Source: Gammaproteobacteria bacterium (GTDB lineage Bacteria; Pseudomonadota; Gammaproteobacteria; Eutrophobiales; Eutrophobiaceae). Taken from it: a DNA stretch of 64,000 nt. The position numbers and the translations under genes are program-made. Of the stretch, positions 36,109 through 48,964 are shown piece by piece (within the stretch, counting starts at the first letter, position 1; each line of letters begins with the position of its first letter). Below the pieces are notes generated by a model. That model was given only the letters and a program-made list of their open reading frames with translations. It was not told where the DNA came from and searched no databases. The stretch is from contig CAXMWX010000001.1 in NCBI GenBank assembly GCA_963422205.2, positions 96,001-160,000 of the forward strand. Direction: 5' to 3'.

Positions 36109-38826
<2,718 letters not shown>

Positions 38827-39014
38827 TGCAGACTCCAGGTTGGTTTGTATGATCTGGCGGCGATTATCCGCTATTTATCGCAGATGTGACAGGGGGCAGA
38901 GAGCAAATGACGGCGCTTTGTCTGCCGCTGACCGGCGTGTCATAAAGCAGCGCAGGCTGTTACCGGGCTGGCAGAGACAGATGACCGCCATCAACATCCC
39001 GCTGCCGACTGGCC

Positions 39015-40097
39015 TCATGAGGTGGTGCTGATCACCCCTCCCCCTAAGCACTCTTCGGCTTGATACAACACCACGTATTGGCCGAGGGTGATGGCACGTT
39101 GTGGCTGGTTAAAGTGTACCTGTATCTGCTTCTCGGCACACAGGGTGACAGTGCAGGGCTGCTCGGTTTGTCTGTAGCGTGTCCTGGCGGTGCAGGTGAA
39201 GGTCTCCTGTTCGGGCGGCCCGCCGATCCAGTGCATGTTCTCAGCGCAGAGATGCTGGCTGAACAGGGCGGGGTGATCATGGCCCTGGGCGATAATTAGC
39301 CGGTTGTCGTCAACCGCTTTCTCGACCACATACCAAGGGGCTTGCCCATGGCCGGCAACGCCACCGATACCCAAGCCATGTCGTTGCCCCAGGGTATAGA
39401 AATGCACACCATCGTGTTCGCCCATGGTCACGCCGTCCAGGCTGACGATCGGCCCCTTGTTGACGGGCAGGTACTGGCCGAGAAATGCCCGGAATGGGCG
39501 CTCGCCAATAAAACAGATCCCGGTGCTGTCTTTTTTATTGTGGGTTATCAGCCCGGCCGCTCTCGCCCGTGCACGCACTTCGGCTTTTCTCATCGGGCCG
39601 ATGGGGAACAGGCTGTGCTGTAGTTGCTGTTGGGTTAAGCGGCACAGGAAGTAGCTCTGATCCTTGGCCGGATCATGGCTTTTTAACAGATGCAGCCCCG
39701 CCTCATCCTGGCGGATACGGGCATAATGACCGGTGGCGATTTGGCTGACGCCGAGATCAAGAGCGTGTTGCAGGAAGGCGCGAAACTTCACTTCCTGATT
39801 GCATACGATGTCCGGGTTAGGCGTCAGCCCGGCCTGGTAGGCTCGCAAAAAATCGGCGAAGACCGTATCCCGGTAATGCGCTGACAGATCGACCGTGTTC
39901 AGCGGGATGCCGAGTTGCTCGCACACATGCAGGGCATCTTCGACATCTTCCTCCCAGGCACAGCCACCGGCCTCATCCTGACCATGCCAGTTTTTCATGA
40001 ACCAGGCGGCCACCTCATGCCCTTGTTCTAGCAATATCAGCGCCGCCACCGAGGAATCGACGCCGCCTGACAGGCCAACGATAACATGTGAGGTCAT
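39015..40097 (-). CDS. mnmA: tRNA 2-thiouridylase
   Basis: SGGVDSSV, TPNPDIVCNQEVKF, ATGHY, KDQSYFL, KKDSTGICFIG. Confidence 0.98.
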   Translation of the reverse strand: MTSHVIVGLSGGVDSSVAALILLEQGHEVAAWFMKNWHGQDEAGGCAWEEDVEDALHVCEQLGIPLNTVDLSAHYRDTVFADFLRAYQAGLTPNPDIVCNQEVKFRAFLQHALDLGVSQIATGHYARIRQDEAGLHLLKSHDPAKDQSYFLCRLTQQQLQHSLFPIGPMRKAEVRARARAAGLITHNKKDSTGICFIGERPFRAFLGQYLPVNKGPIVSLDGVTMGEHDGVHFYTLGQRHGLGIGGVAGHGQAPWYVVEKAVDDNRLIIAQGHDHPALFSQHLCAENMHWIGGPPEQETFTCTARTRYRQTEQPCTVTLCAEKQIQVHFNQPQRAITLGQYVVLYQAEECLGGGVISTTS

Positions 40098-40103
40098 GCG
40101 GGC

Positions 40104-40547
40104 CTAGAGGTGTTGCAGTAATTCCAGCGGGTAACGGCGGGCCTGGAGATAGTCGTCAATACACCGAAGCACCAGTTCGGTACGCAGCTTGTCCGGGGCA
40201 GCCAGCAGCTCGGCCCTGCTCAACCAGAGGGCCTGGATGATGCTGGTATCCAGTGAGGCATGGGGGTCAGGTGCATTGCATTGGCCGGCAAAACATACCC
40301 GAAGATAGCTGGCATCAGCATTGGGTGGGCTAAACAGGTAAATGCCGATGAGGTATTCGGGTGTGAATTGCCGTGCGGTCTCTTCCTGTACTTCACGCTT
40401 GACGGCATCGAGCAGGGTTTCATCTTTTTCCAGATGGCCGGCGGGCTGGTTATAGACAGGCTGGCCGTTTATCTCCTCCTCGACCATTAAAAACCGCCCC
40501 GCTTCCTCAATGATGGCAGCGACAGTGATATGGGGAGTCCACTGCAT
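40104..40547 (-). CDS. nudJ: Nudix hydrolase, NudJ family
   Basis: PHITVAAI, NQPAGHLE and Nudix box REVQEET; upstream of mnmA. Start at MQWTPH (40547). Confidence 0.85.
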   Translation of the reverse strand: MQWTPHITVAAIIEEAGRFLMVEEEINGQPVYNQPAGHLEKDETLLDAVKREVQEETARQFTPEYLIGIYLFSPPNADASYLRVCFAGQCNAPDPHASLDTSIIQALWLSRAELLAAPDKLRTELVLRCIDDYLQARRYPLELLQHL

Positions 40548-40575
40548 GGTGGGATGAGGCTGACAAGATCTGTAT

Positions 40576-43500
40576 TTAATTGGGTGAAGCCGCCGCATCA
40601 GGTAACTTGCCGGGCAACTGGCTGAGTTGGTTTTGCCGCTCTGTATTGCGTAAGGTGAGCCGCTCAATGGTGGGGTTTTGCCACGGGCCGATAATACTGT
40701 ATTGATAGCTTAACATCTTGTCTATGCTGTTATTGATGGACTCAAACATATTGCCCGCCAGATACAGCACGGCCCCCACGCCCATGCCGAGCGGGCCGAG
40801 TAAGGCGCTGGCCACTGGTAAGGTGTCGGCGATTTGCGGTGTGATGGTGAGCAGCTGATCATAGTCTTGTTGTGCGAGCCCCGCCCGCCCGCTGATGGCA
40901 AGATTGGCCGCCGGCCCAATCAGGCGTAGATCATTGGTGTAGGCATTGCCCCGGCTGATGGTGAAGTTCCCTTCGATCCTGTCAAACGCCAGGCCCTTGC
41001 CCAGCAGATCGCTGAAGTCCAGCGACAATCGTCTTGGCAGGGTTTGCAAACTGAGCAGGCCAAACAAGCGTCCGGCGGAGGGTTCGACTGCCAGTATCTG
41101 CCCTTTGCTCACCTCAATGATGAGTTTGCCGTTCATCTTCTCCAGGGCAAAGTCCATCGGTGAGCCGGCCCATTCGGCTTTAAGTTGTATATCCGTTTCC
41201 CCCCTTCTCATCGGCGAGCCGTCATAGTTGAAGGTCTCCAGCATGGCGGCTATCTCATCAGCATGTAGCGTGGCGGTAAAACGGGAGTTGTCCCGATTGC
41301 CCGCACCCTGCCAGTTGCCCCTGGCCGAGATCGTCAACCCGGGTTTGGCGAGCGTGATCTTTTCAATCTGTATGCCGTCATCATCGCGCAAGGCGAGCAG
41401 GTGCAATTTGCCGAGCGGCATGCCGTGAAAAACGAAATCATCCACCTGGATGTCCAACGCCGGGAAGGTGAGCGGGTCTGCGATCATCGTCTGGCCAGAC
41501 CCGCCGTTACCATTTTTTTTCTTCACTGCCAGTTTGTCGAGCCTGGCGCTGATTTTATGATCGCCGCTTGATTGCGCCGGAATATGCACAGTGCCGCTGA
41601 CATCAAATGCCGTGGGTTGGATTTGCCAGTCGCCCTGCCTGCGCTCGGCGGCGATGTGTATGTGTTCAATATGTTGCCCATAAAAATCAAGCGCATCAAT
41701 GTCCAGATCAATGGCTGTCTTGTGGTGGGTAAGGACGCCTGTCTGTTTACCTGTGTTGTGTGAAAACTCTCTGATGGTATCGAACCAGTCTTGAAAGTTC
41801 AGCTTGTCGGTTGCACCACGGATTAGCAGCCCGGTTTTATCGTTCGCTGGTTGCCGTGGCTGCTGGTCAACACGGGCTGGCGATGGCGGGGTTTTGCCGG
41901 CGAGAGTGGGCGGCGTGAACGTGGCCTGTATTTTGTCGTTGTAGTCGATGGTGACAGTCCTTGCAGCAGACAATGGCCGGTTGATCGATAAGGGTTTTCT
42001 CTCCCCGGCAGACTTCCCCAGGGGATAGGGCAGGCTGATTGCCATGCCGTCAAGGTCTGAGGATAAGCGCAGGTGCTGTGCTATGTTATTTTTATCTTTG
42101 CTATAACTGAGGGTGGCCTGCCAGCTGAGTTCGCCTTGCAGGTGTTGGTTTAATGTTTGCGCGAGGTGTGCCAGCGGCGGCGCCCGGCTTTGTAATTGTT
42201 CAGTGATAAAATCCTGATCAGATCTTCCTGACAAGGTGATTGAACCCAGTTGTCCCGGTGCAGCTTCAGGCCCCTCAATACGAAGTGAAACTGGCTGCCC
42301 ATCAAACATGGCAGTCAGCTTGTTCGATCGTACCGAGGTGCGTGTGAAGGTCACCGGGCCGTTGATCTGATCAATGCGGATTTTTTTATTCTGGCTGAGG
42401 AGGGCAGCATCTGTAAAATGGACAGTCCCATCTATCTGCGGCTTGATCTTTTTCGACTTGACCGCCATCAGGGTATTAATATCAAGGGCTATCTGGCCGG
42501 CTGTCAGGTTATTTATTGTTGGTGCCAGCAGTTTATGATGCTGCAACGGGCTGGTGTTGATAAAGCCGTTTAAATCGGCGACCGTGCCTGCAAGCCTGCC
42601 GCTTAACGCAACCCTTTTGGGTTTCTGGCTGATATCCTGAATATGCACAACGCCGCCGCTCAAGATATCTGCATCCAGTAATTTCCCGCTCACGGCGGTG
42701 GTGGTTACCCGTTGATTATCGATCAATACCTCGGCGGTCAGTTCATTGATTTCAGGCCAGTGCGGAGAGTATGCCAGTATCACATCAGAGATGTTGATAA
42801 TCCCCTGCAACTGTCCTTCCCTGTGCCTGAATGGGAACAGGGCCGGGTTACCTCGGAACACGATCTGGGCGGAGTCCAGATTACCGCCCTGGACGGCTCT
42901 CTCCAGCCAGTGTTTCAGTTTGAATTTGCTGCTGGCGGGTATCAGTTCATGCAGCTTGTCAATCTTGCGGGTATGCAGGCTGGCAAACAGGTTCAGCTCA
43001 GGTGTGTTGTCATGGGTATGGTTATGGATATTGGCCTGCAACTTAACGGCATGATCTGGATTACCCAGGGCAAGGTCGTCTGTCTCCACCCGCCACTTAC
43101 CCCCTGCATGTACTGCCTGGATACGCCCATCGAGTCGGGTCAAGACAATATCCGGCTGCACCTTATCGGCAAACATAAAGCGCAGGTTATCGTCTTCCAA
43201 ATCTACCCGCACCGTGTTGTTTGATCCCTTCAGGCGACCGGTCAAGCCGCTGATGTTCGCCAGGGCGGCAGGAAAATCTGTCTGCAAGCGAGTAAATGCC
43301 AGATCATAGAAAAACACATCTTCTGCCTGTGCTTTGCGCTCATACACCACAGACCCGTGGCCTAACTCGCCACTGATATCACCGGCCAACAAGAGGTCTT
43401 TTGCCATGGCAGGCAGGTCTGTCCACTGGCTGAGTAAGGGCAGCAGGTCGTCCAGCTTCAGGTAATCAAAGCCGACTGTCAGGCGGTAGTCATTGTCATT

Positions 43501-44541
43501 CCCCGGCGAGGCCACCATGGCCATTTCAATATGAGATGGCGGCCAGTGGCCGTTTTCGGTGAGCAGATCATCCAGCATCACCCGGAGATGCCAGTCTTTG
43601 TGTTGGTTACGCTGGCCGTAAAAGCGATATGACAAGGCGTCAATCGGCAGTGACTCCGTGCCTGCCCGAACAACCAGGCCGGTGTGTCGCAGTTCTCCCT
43701 GTATGTTGCTGATGTGTCCCTCCTGCCAGTTGCCCCACAGCTTCATGTCAGCCTGGCCACCAGCGATCGTTACATCGGCCAGCCGGTAGTGTCCAGGCCA
43801 GTGATCCGGCCAGTCATCCAGGCTGATCTCATGTGCTTCCAGATACATATCGCCTGACCAGTCAGATGATGGCAGATCACCCACGGCATCAAAGGCAAAC
43901 GTCATGGATCTGCCGTATTCTGCGGGTAGTTCACAGTCGCCATCGATTTGTATGCGCCCATTATCGGTTTGTAGAGTCAGGCTGACGTGAGACAGTTGTA
44001 TCGGCGGCTGCTGATGTTTGGTATCGGTCCATACAATGTCGGCATTTTGAATGACAATCCTGTGCTGCTTGAACAACCAGTCGGCCAGTTCACTGTGGTC
44101 AGTGTGGCTGGCCCCGGCATCGATGTTGACCCCTTCAATGAGGATCGCACCGCTTGCCAGACGTGTTATTGCAAGCTGCATCCCGGAGATAATCAGCCGC
44201 CTTGGTATGAATTGCCGTTGCAGCAGCGTTGGCAGCGGATCGATCTCAATCCGGGCCATGGCAAAACCGGTGATTCGGCGGTTTGTCGTCTTATCCAGCA
44301 GATCGATGTCAGTCAGGGAAAGCTGCGGTGTCCAGCCTTTCCAGTCGGCCTGCATGGTGCGAATCACCACCGGATAGCCCATATAATCGCTTACCCATGC
44401 CTGTATCTCATGACGATATTCGCCGATAGCCGGCAGCGCCAGCCGGATTAAGGTTACGCTGATGGCGACCAGCAGCACGATGGCGCCAACACAGTAGGCA
44501 GCCGTATGGTAAAGCCCGGTTAATACCTTTTTATACGACAT
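40576..44541 (-). CDS. yhdP: AsmA-like phospholipid transport bridge protein YhdP
   Basis: 1321 aa with an N-terminal TM helix; C-terminal GRLFGLLSLQTLPRRLSLDFSD...YSIIGPWQNP; follows rng. Confidence 0.92.
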   Translation of the reverse strand: MSYKKVLTGLYHTAAYCVGAIVLLVAISVTLIRLALPAIGEYRHEIQAWVSDYMGYPVVIRTMQADWKGWTPQLSLTDIDLLDKTTNRRITGFAMARIEIDPLPTLLQRQFIPRRLIISGMQLAITRLASGAILIEGVNIDAGASHTDHSELADWLFKQHRIVIQNADIVWTDTKHQQPPIQLSHVSLTLQTDNGRIQIDGDCELPAEYGRSMTFAFDAVGDLPSSDWSGDMYLEAHEISLDDWPDHWPGHYRLADVTIAGGQADMKLWGNWQEGHISNIQGELRHTGLVVRAGTESLPIDALSYRFYGQRNQHKDWHLRVMLDDLLTENGHWPPSHIEMAMVASPGNDNDYRLTVGFDYLKLDDLLPLLSQWTDLPAMAKDLLLAGDISGELGHGSVVYERKAQAEDVFFYDLAFTRLQTDFPAALANISGLTGRLKGSNNTVRVDLEDDNLRFMFADKVQPDIVLTRLDGRIQAVHAGGKWRVETDDLALGNPDHAVKLQANIHNHTHDNTPELNLFASLHTRKIDKLHELIPASSKFKLKHWLERAVQGGNLDSAQIVFRGNPALFPFRHREGQLQGIINISDVILAYSPHWPEINELTAEVLIDNQRVTTTAVSGKLLDADILSGGVVHIQDISQKPKRVALSGRLAGTVADLNGFINTSPLQHHKLLAPTINNLTAGQIALDINTLMAVKSKKIKPQIDGTVHFTDAALLSQNKKIRIDQINGPVTFTRTSVRSNKLTAMFDGQPVSLRIEGPEAAPGQLGSITLSGRSDQDFITEQLQSRAPPLAHLAQTLNQHLQGELSWQATLSYSKDKNNIAQHLRLSSDLDGMAISLPYPLGKSAGERKPLSINRPLSAARTVTIDYNDKIQATFTPPTLAGKTPPSPARVDQQPRQPANDKTGLLIRGATDKLNFQDWFDTIREFSHNTGKQTGVLTHHKTAIDLDIDALDFYGQHIEHIHIAAERRQGDWQIQPTAFDVSGTVHIPAQSSGDHKISARLDKLAVKKKNGNGGSGQTMIADPLTFPALDIQVDDFVFHGMPLGKLHLLALRDDDGIQIEKITLAKPGLTISARGNWQGAGNRDNSRFTATLHADEIAAMLETFNYDGSPMRRGETDIQLKAEWAGSPMDFALEKMNGKLIIEVSKGQILAVEPSAGRLFGLLSLQTLPRRLSLDFSDLLGKGLAFDRIEGNFTISRGNAYTNDLRLIGPAANLAISGRAGLAQQDYDQLLTITPQIADTLPVASALLGPLGMGVGAVLYLAGNMFESINNSIDKMLSYQYSIIGPWQNPTIERLTLRNTERQNQLSQLPGKLPDAAASPN

Positions 44542-44543
44542 GA

Positions 44544-46085
44544 TTACAGCAACACGATATCATATTGTTCCTGGGAGTATATCGGCTCAACCTGAAACGT
44601 GATCGGTCTGCCAATAAATTCCTCAAGCTCTGCCACGCTGCTGGATTCCTCATCCATCAGCATATCAACGATTTTTTGTGGTGCCACCACCAGCAGTTTC
44701 CGGGCATCAAATTGCCTCACCTCGCGCAATATCTCACGAAAAATCTCGTAGCAGACGGTCTCGGCGGTCTTGATGCTGCCGCGCCCATCGCAGGCCGGGC
44801 AAGGCTCGCAAAGAATATGTTCCAGGCTTTCACGGGTTCGTTTTCGGGTCAGCTGTACCAGCCCAAGTGACGTCAGCTCGCTTATGCTCACCTGGGAATT
44901 ATCCTTCTCGATATATTTTTCCATAGCCCGCAGAACCTGGCGTTTATGTTCCGGCTCCTGCATGTCGATGAAGTCAATGATGATGATGCCGCCAAGGTTG
45001 CGTAGTCGTAACTGTCTGGCGATAGTCTGGGTGGCTTCCAGGTTGGTTTTGTAAATGGTCTCTTCCAGGTTGCGATGGCCGACAAACTTGCCCGTATTGA
45101 CATCGATCGTGGTCATGGCTTCGGTTTGATCGATCATCAGATGACCGCCGGATTTCAGTTGCACTTTTCGGCTCAGGGATTTTTGTAACTCATCTTCGAC
45201 CGAGTAGATATCCAGTATCGGGCGCTCGCCAGGGTAATATTCGATGCGGGAGAGAAACTCCGGGTTAAATTGTTTGCTGAACTCCCTCAGACGTTGATGG
45301 CTTTCCCTGGAGTCGATCCTGACTTTTTCTATCTCATCATGAACCAGATCGCGCATGGTACGCATGAGCAGGGGCAAATCCTCAAACACCAGGGCGGGGG
45401 CGATGGTATTTTTCGCCCTGACAAAGGTGGATTGCCAGAGTTTGTGCAGAAAGTTCATGTCTTTCTGTATTTCCCTGGCGGCTATGCCCTCGGCGGCTGT
45501 GCGGACGATAAACCCGCCTTTGCCCATGCTCTCAACATCGCGCAGGCTGCCGTGCATCACGACTTTGATACCATCAACGGCGGCTAAGTGTTGTATGGTG
45601 GGCTGGTAATCTGCCACCGCTTCTCGTAGCCGTTCGCGCTCTGCCTCTGCTTCAATGCGCTGGGAGATCCCGATGATGCTGTCATCCGGGATATACACCA
45701 GATAGCGTGAGGGGATAGAGATGCGGGTCGTGAGCCGGGCACCTTTGCTGCCCAGCGGGTCCTTCATGACTTGCACCAGGGTTTCCTGACCTTCATGCAG
45801 CAGCGCATCAATATTGTTATGCTGGCTCACCTCCTGGACGATCTCCAGATCTTCTACAGTCTGCCCGATATCGGCGATATGCAGAAAGCCGGCACGTTGC
45901 AGACCGATATCGATAAAAGCCGCCTGCATCCCCGGCAGCACCCGCGATACCTTGCCTTTGTAGATGTTACCGACCAAGCCCCTTTTCTGCGTCCGCTCAA
46001 TGTAGATATCTTGCAGCATCCCGTTTTCAACCACGGCAATGCGCGTCTCATGGGGGGTGACGTTGATTAGGATCTCCTCGCTCAT
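44544..46085 (-). CDS. rng: Ribonuclease G
   Basis: VGNIYKGKVSRVLPGMQAAF, TEAMTTIDVNTG, RNLGGIIIIDFIDM, CPACDGRG. Confidence 0.97.
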   Translation of the reverse strand: MSEEILINVTPHETRIAVVENGMLQDIYIERTQKRGLVGNIYKGKVSRVLPGMQAAFIDIGLQRAGFLHIADIGQTVEDLEIVQEVSQHNNIDALLHEGQETLVQVMKDPLGSKGARLTTRISIPSRYLVYIPDDSIIGISQRIEAEAERERLREAVADYQPTIQHLAAVDGIKVVMHGSLRDVESMGKGGFIVRTAAEGIAAREIQKDMNFLHKLWQSTFVRAKNTIAPALVFEDLPLLMRTMRDLVHDEIEKVRIDSRESHQRLREFSKQFNPEFLSRIEYYPGERPILDIYSVEDELQKSLSRKVQLKSGGHLMIDQTEAMTTIDVNTGKFVGHRNLEETIYKTNLEATQTIARQLRLRNLGGIIIIDFIDMQEPEHKRQVLRAMEKYIEKDNSQVSISELTSLGLVQLTRKRTRESLEHILCEPCPACDGRGSIKTAETVCYEIFREILREVRQFDARKLLVVAPQKIVDMLMDEESSSVAELEEFIGRPITFQVEPIYSQEQYDIVLL

Positions 46086-46202
46086 CAGCAGAGAACTATA
46101 TCATGATGCACAGATCTGATGCTTAACCTTAACACCATATCTGCAACCGGATAAGCAGCCTGACAAATAACGATGATTTATTTTTAGGGCAACGGCCTGT
46201 GG

Positions 46203-47054
46203 CTATTCAATGATCAACACGGACTCATCACCCGCCTCAACATCAAACAACTCATCGTAGTCCTCACTTGGGGGGTTGCCGTCATGCACAAGGAATTTGC
46301 GTCGCTGCAAGAAGGCCTCACGGGTAAACGTATACGGATCAATAGACGCCTCATCGACAAACTCAGACTCATCCAGCAGGTTGGCACGGCTGTTGATCAG
46401 GCTTAATACGGTCAGTGGCAGGAAGCTCAGGCCACCAATGTATGTGATCGGATTGGTTACATAACTGCTGCCATAGTTTGGCACGTTGCGGGCGGTGTTC
46501 AACCCCATAAGCGGTATATTCAAATAAGCCCCTTGGTCAACACCCCAAACGGCCAGGGTTTGACCAAAATCTTCCTCATGCACAGGCAGACCCATGGGGG
46601 TGGCGACATCAAATAACCCTCCAATGCCGACAGTGGTATTGATAATAAAACGCAACAGATCAGAGAAACCGATATTCAGCTTGCCCTGCAGAAAACTGTT
46701 CAACACGACATTTAAGTATCTTAGGTTGTCAAAGAAATTGGTGATAACATCACGCACCGGTTCCGGGGTGATGTGGCGATAGCCCCTGGCAACCGGCCGC
46801 ATGAAATTGCGATCCAGGGAGTCATTAAAATTGTACACCTGGCGGTTTGTCTTCTCATAAGGGTCGTTATTGACTGTTCCGTCCGGGCTTTTGGTCGTCG
46901 CACAACCTGACAGTAATACCGTTGCAATCAGCATCGCTGGCATACACCTTAACCATCCGGCCCGGGCGCCGGCCAGGGTTGTTTTCATTCTCTGTCCCTC
47001 ATCGTTATTTTGCAGGCTGTTCATGTTATGCACTGAAGTTATGCGCCGGGCCAC
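46203..47054 (-). CDS. mlaA: VacJ/MlaA-family outer-membrane lipoprotein
   Basis: Lipobox LLSGC, DPYEKTNR, RFIINTTVGIGGLFDVA, EDFGQTL, DPYTFTREAF. The true start is probably downstream of 47054. Confidence 0.9.
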   Translation of the reverse strand: MARRITSVHNMNSLQNNDEGQRMKTTLAGARAGWLRCMPAMLIATVLLSGCATTKSPDGTVNNDPYEKTNRQVYNFNDSLDRNFMRPVARGYRHITPEPVRDVITNFFDNLRYLNVVLNSFLQGKLNIGFSDLLRFIINTTVGIGGLFDVATPMGLPVHEEDFGQTLAVWGVDQGAYLNIPLMGLNTARNVPNYGSSYVTNPITYIGGLSFLPLTVLSLINSRANLLDESEFVDEASIDPYTFTREAFLQRRKFLVHDGNPPSEDYDELFDVEAGDESVLIIE

Positions 47055-47061
47055 AGGCGCA

Positions 47062-47703
47062 TTACTCTACAGGCTTGGTCATCGTCCTGGCGTTTTCCTC
47101 CAGGGCATGAACCTTTGCTGCAAGTTTATCACGCAACACATTGTAACCGTTTTCTTTTAGAACGGAAGTGTATTCGGCTCTTTTCAGCGACAGATCACTG
47201 ACTCCGTTTGCGGTGACATTAATAATCTGCCATTGCCCATGGGTCGGCTGCAACAGATAATCCAGTGTCACAGATGGCTTGCCGGGCCGCCGTAACTCCG
47301 TCTTAACCCGCAAGCGACCGCGTTTTGCCCTCTCCGTGGTATTGATGTGAAATGACTCCCCATCATAGCCGGCGAAACGAGAGGCATAGGTGGCGGTGCT
47401 TAACTGCTGAAACAAGCGGACAAACCCTTCCTGCTGGGCCTCATCCAGCCCAGCCCAGTGACGGCCCAGGACAACCTCTGCTATGCGTCTGGAATTAAAA
47501 TGCGTGGCGATCACAGGCTGCATGATCTTAACCCTGCCATCATAACCCAGAACATCCGCCTGCTGCATGATTTCCAGCAGGGCATTGTGCAGCGTGGTGA
47601 CTGTCAGGTTAGCCGCCTCATTATCTGCCTCGCTATCTGGCAGGGACTGCACCTGACCGGACAGGCAAAGCAAAACAAGCAGCAGGGGTAATGATGGCAG
47701 CAT
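47062..47703 (-). CDS. hpnM: HpnM/MlaC-like periplasmic lipid shuttle
   Basis: Signal peptide, VLGRHW, YASRFAGYDGESF, WQIINV..NGVSDLSLKRAEY; in an operon with hpnH and hpnB. Confidence 0.78.
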   Translation of the reverse strand: MLPSLPLLLVLLCLSGQVQSLPDSEADNEAANLTVTTLHNALLEIMQQADVLGYDGRVKIMQPVIATHFNSRRIAEVVLGRHWAGLDEAQQEGFVRLFQQLSTATYASRFAGYDGESFHINTTERAKRGRLRVKTELRRPGKPSVTLDYLLQPTHGQWQIINVTANGVSDLSLKRAEYTSVLKENGYNVLRDKLAAKVHALEENARTMTKPVE

Positions 47704-47827
47704 TGAGATTGGCTGGCCGGGCAGGTGCTGTTTAAGGGGCGAAGTAAAAAAAATCATGGGCAAAAATCACGCGTTGTTTTGTATGTGCTGACAAGTTCTG
47801 ACCCGGCTTGTTCAAAAATTATGCCGG

Positions 47828-48964
47828 TCAATAGTGGCGGTCTTTCCAACTTGGGCCCGCCCCGCACCAATAGCGCCAGGCTGAATGCCAGGTCATGAGC
47901 AGATACAGGCAAGCAGATAACGGCAGAGCAAGCGCCCAGACAGGGTGCAACTGGTAGTAACAGACAGTCGGCAGGTAGCTTAACACCATGATGAGCAGGG
48001 GGAGCAATGTGAGGCTGCCCAGGGTGAGATTGCCCAGGGCAAGATTGCCAGGGCCGGGTGCAAACAAGGCCAGCGATAGCACCGGCAGGACAAATGTGCT
48101 GATCATGAGCAGCGTACAAAGCACTAACAGACCGACAGAGCAGCGCAGCTGGGTGAAGGCCGTGCGTGTCACCATAGACCAGATGGCGGTCAGCCGCTCG
48201 TAAGGGCGCCGGCTGATGGCGGCCTGGGTGAGACCTGTCCAGGTGCGGTAGCCGGCCGCCTTGATTTTTCGCGCCAGGCGGCAGTCATCGATGATGGCAT
48301 CCTTGATGGCGGCAAACCCACCGATTTCTATCAGCACTTTTCTGTCAAGCAAAATGCAGCCGCCGGCCGCGGCGGCAATCAGCGGATGGCGTGAATTGGC
48401 CAACTGAAACGGATACAGCAGCTTGAAAAAATAGATAAATGCGGGCAGCAACAGCCGCTCCCAGCCAGAGCGCATGGGCAAAACGGCCATCAGAGAGATA
48501 AGTTGACGTTCTTCAATCTGCATTTTCCGCTTTAAGGCGGCGATTGTCCCGGGCAGCAGTTCAATATCCGCATCAAGTAACAACAGCTTGTCTGTTTCTG
48601 CAAGGTTAAGGCCATGCTGCAAGGCCCATAATTTTCCAGTCCACCCCCGGGGCAGCTTCGGGCTGTTGATGATGGTCAGGTTTTCAAGGTGCAGTGCTTC
48701 GGCGGTGGCGACTGTGGTGTCGGTGGACTCATCGTTAATCAGAACCATGTTAAGGCCGTGGCCTTGTTGTGACAGGGCGGTCAAGGTGGTGGCGATACAG
48801 TCAGCCTCATTGCGTGCCGGTATGAGGGCGGTGATGTCAGACAGATCGGGCATGCTCCCTGCCATCGCCTTGAGCGTCTCGCCAATGCGCCAGGGCTGCC
48901 ACGGCAGAGCGATGATGACAGACCATAGCATCGCCCCTGGCAAGGCCAGCCAGCCTGTATCCAT
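47828..48964 (-). CDS. hpnB: Hopene-associated GT2 glycosyltransferase
   Basis: IPARNEA, DESTDTT, GWTGKLWAL, DADI, AAAGGCIL, IIDDCRLA, WSMVTRTAFTQL and C-terminal WKDRHY; TGATG-coupled to hpnH. Confidence 0.85.
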   Translation of the reverse strand: MDTGWLALPGAMLWSVIIALPWQPWRIGETLKAMAGSMPDLSDITALIPARNEADCIATTLTALSQQGHGLNMVLINDESTDTTVATAEALHLENLTIINSPKLPRGWTGKLWALQHGLNLAETDKLLLLDADIELLPGTIAALKRKMQIEERQLISLMAVLPMRSGWERLLLPAFIYFFKLLYPFQLANSRHPLIAAAAGGCILLDRKVLIEIGGFAAIKDAIIDDCRLARKIKAAGYRTWTGLTQAAISRRPYERLTAIWSMVTRTAFTQLRCSVGLLVLCTLLMISTFVLPVLSLALFAPGPGNLALGNLTLGSLTLLPLLIMVLSYLPTVCYYQLHPVWALALPLSACLYLLMTWHSAWRYWCGAGPSWKDRHY

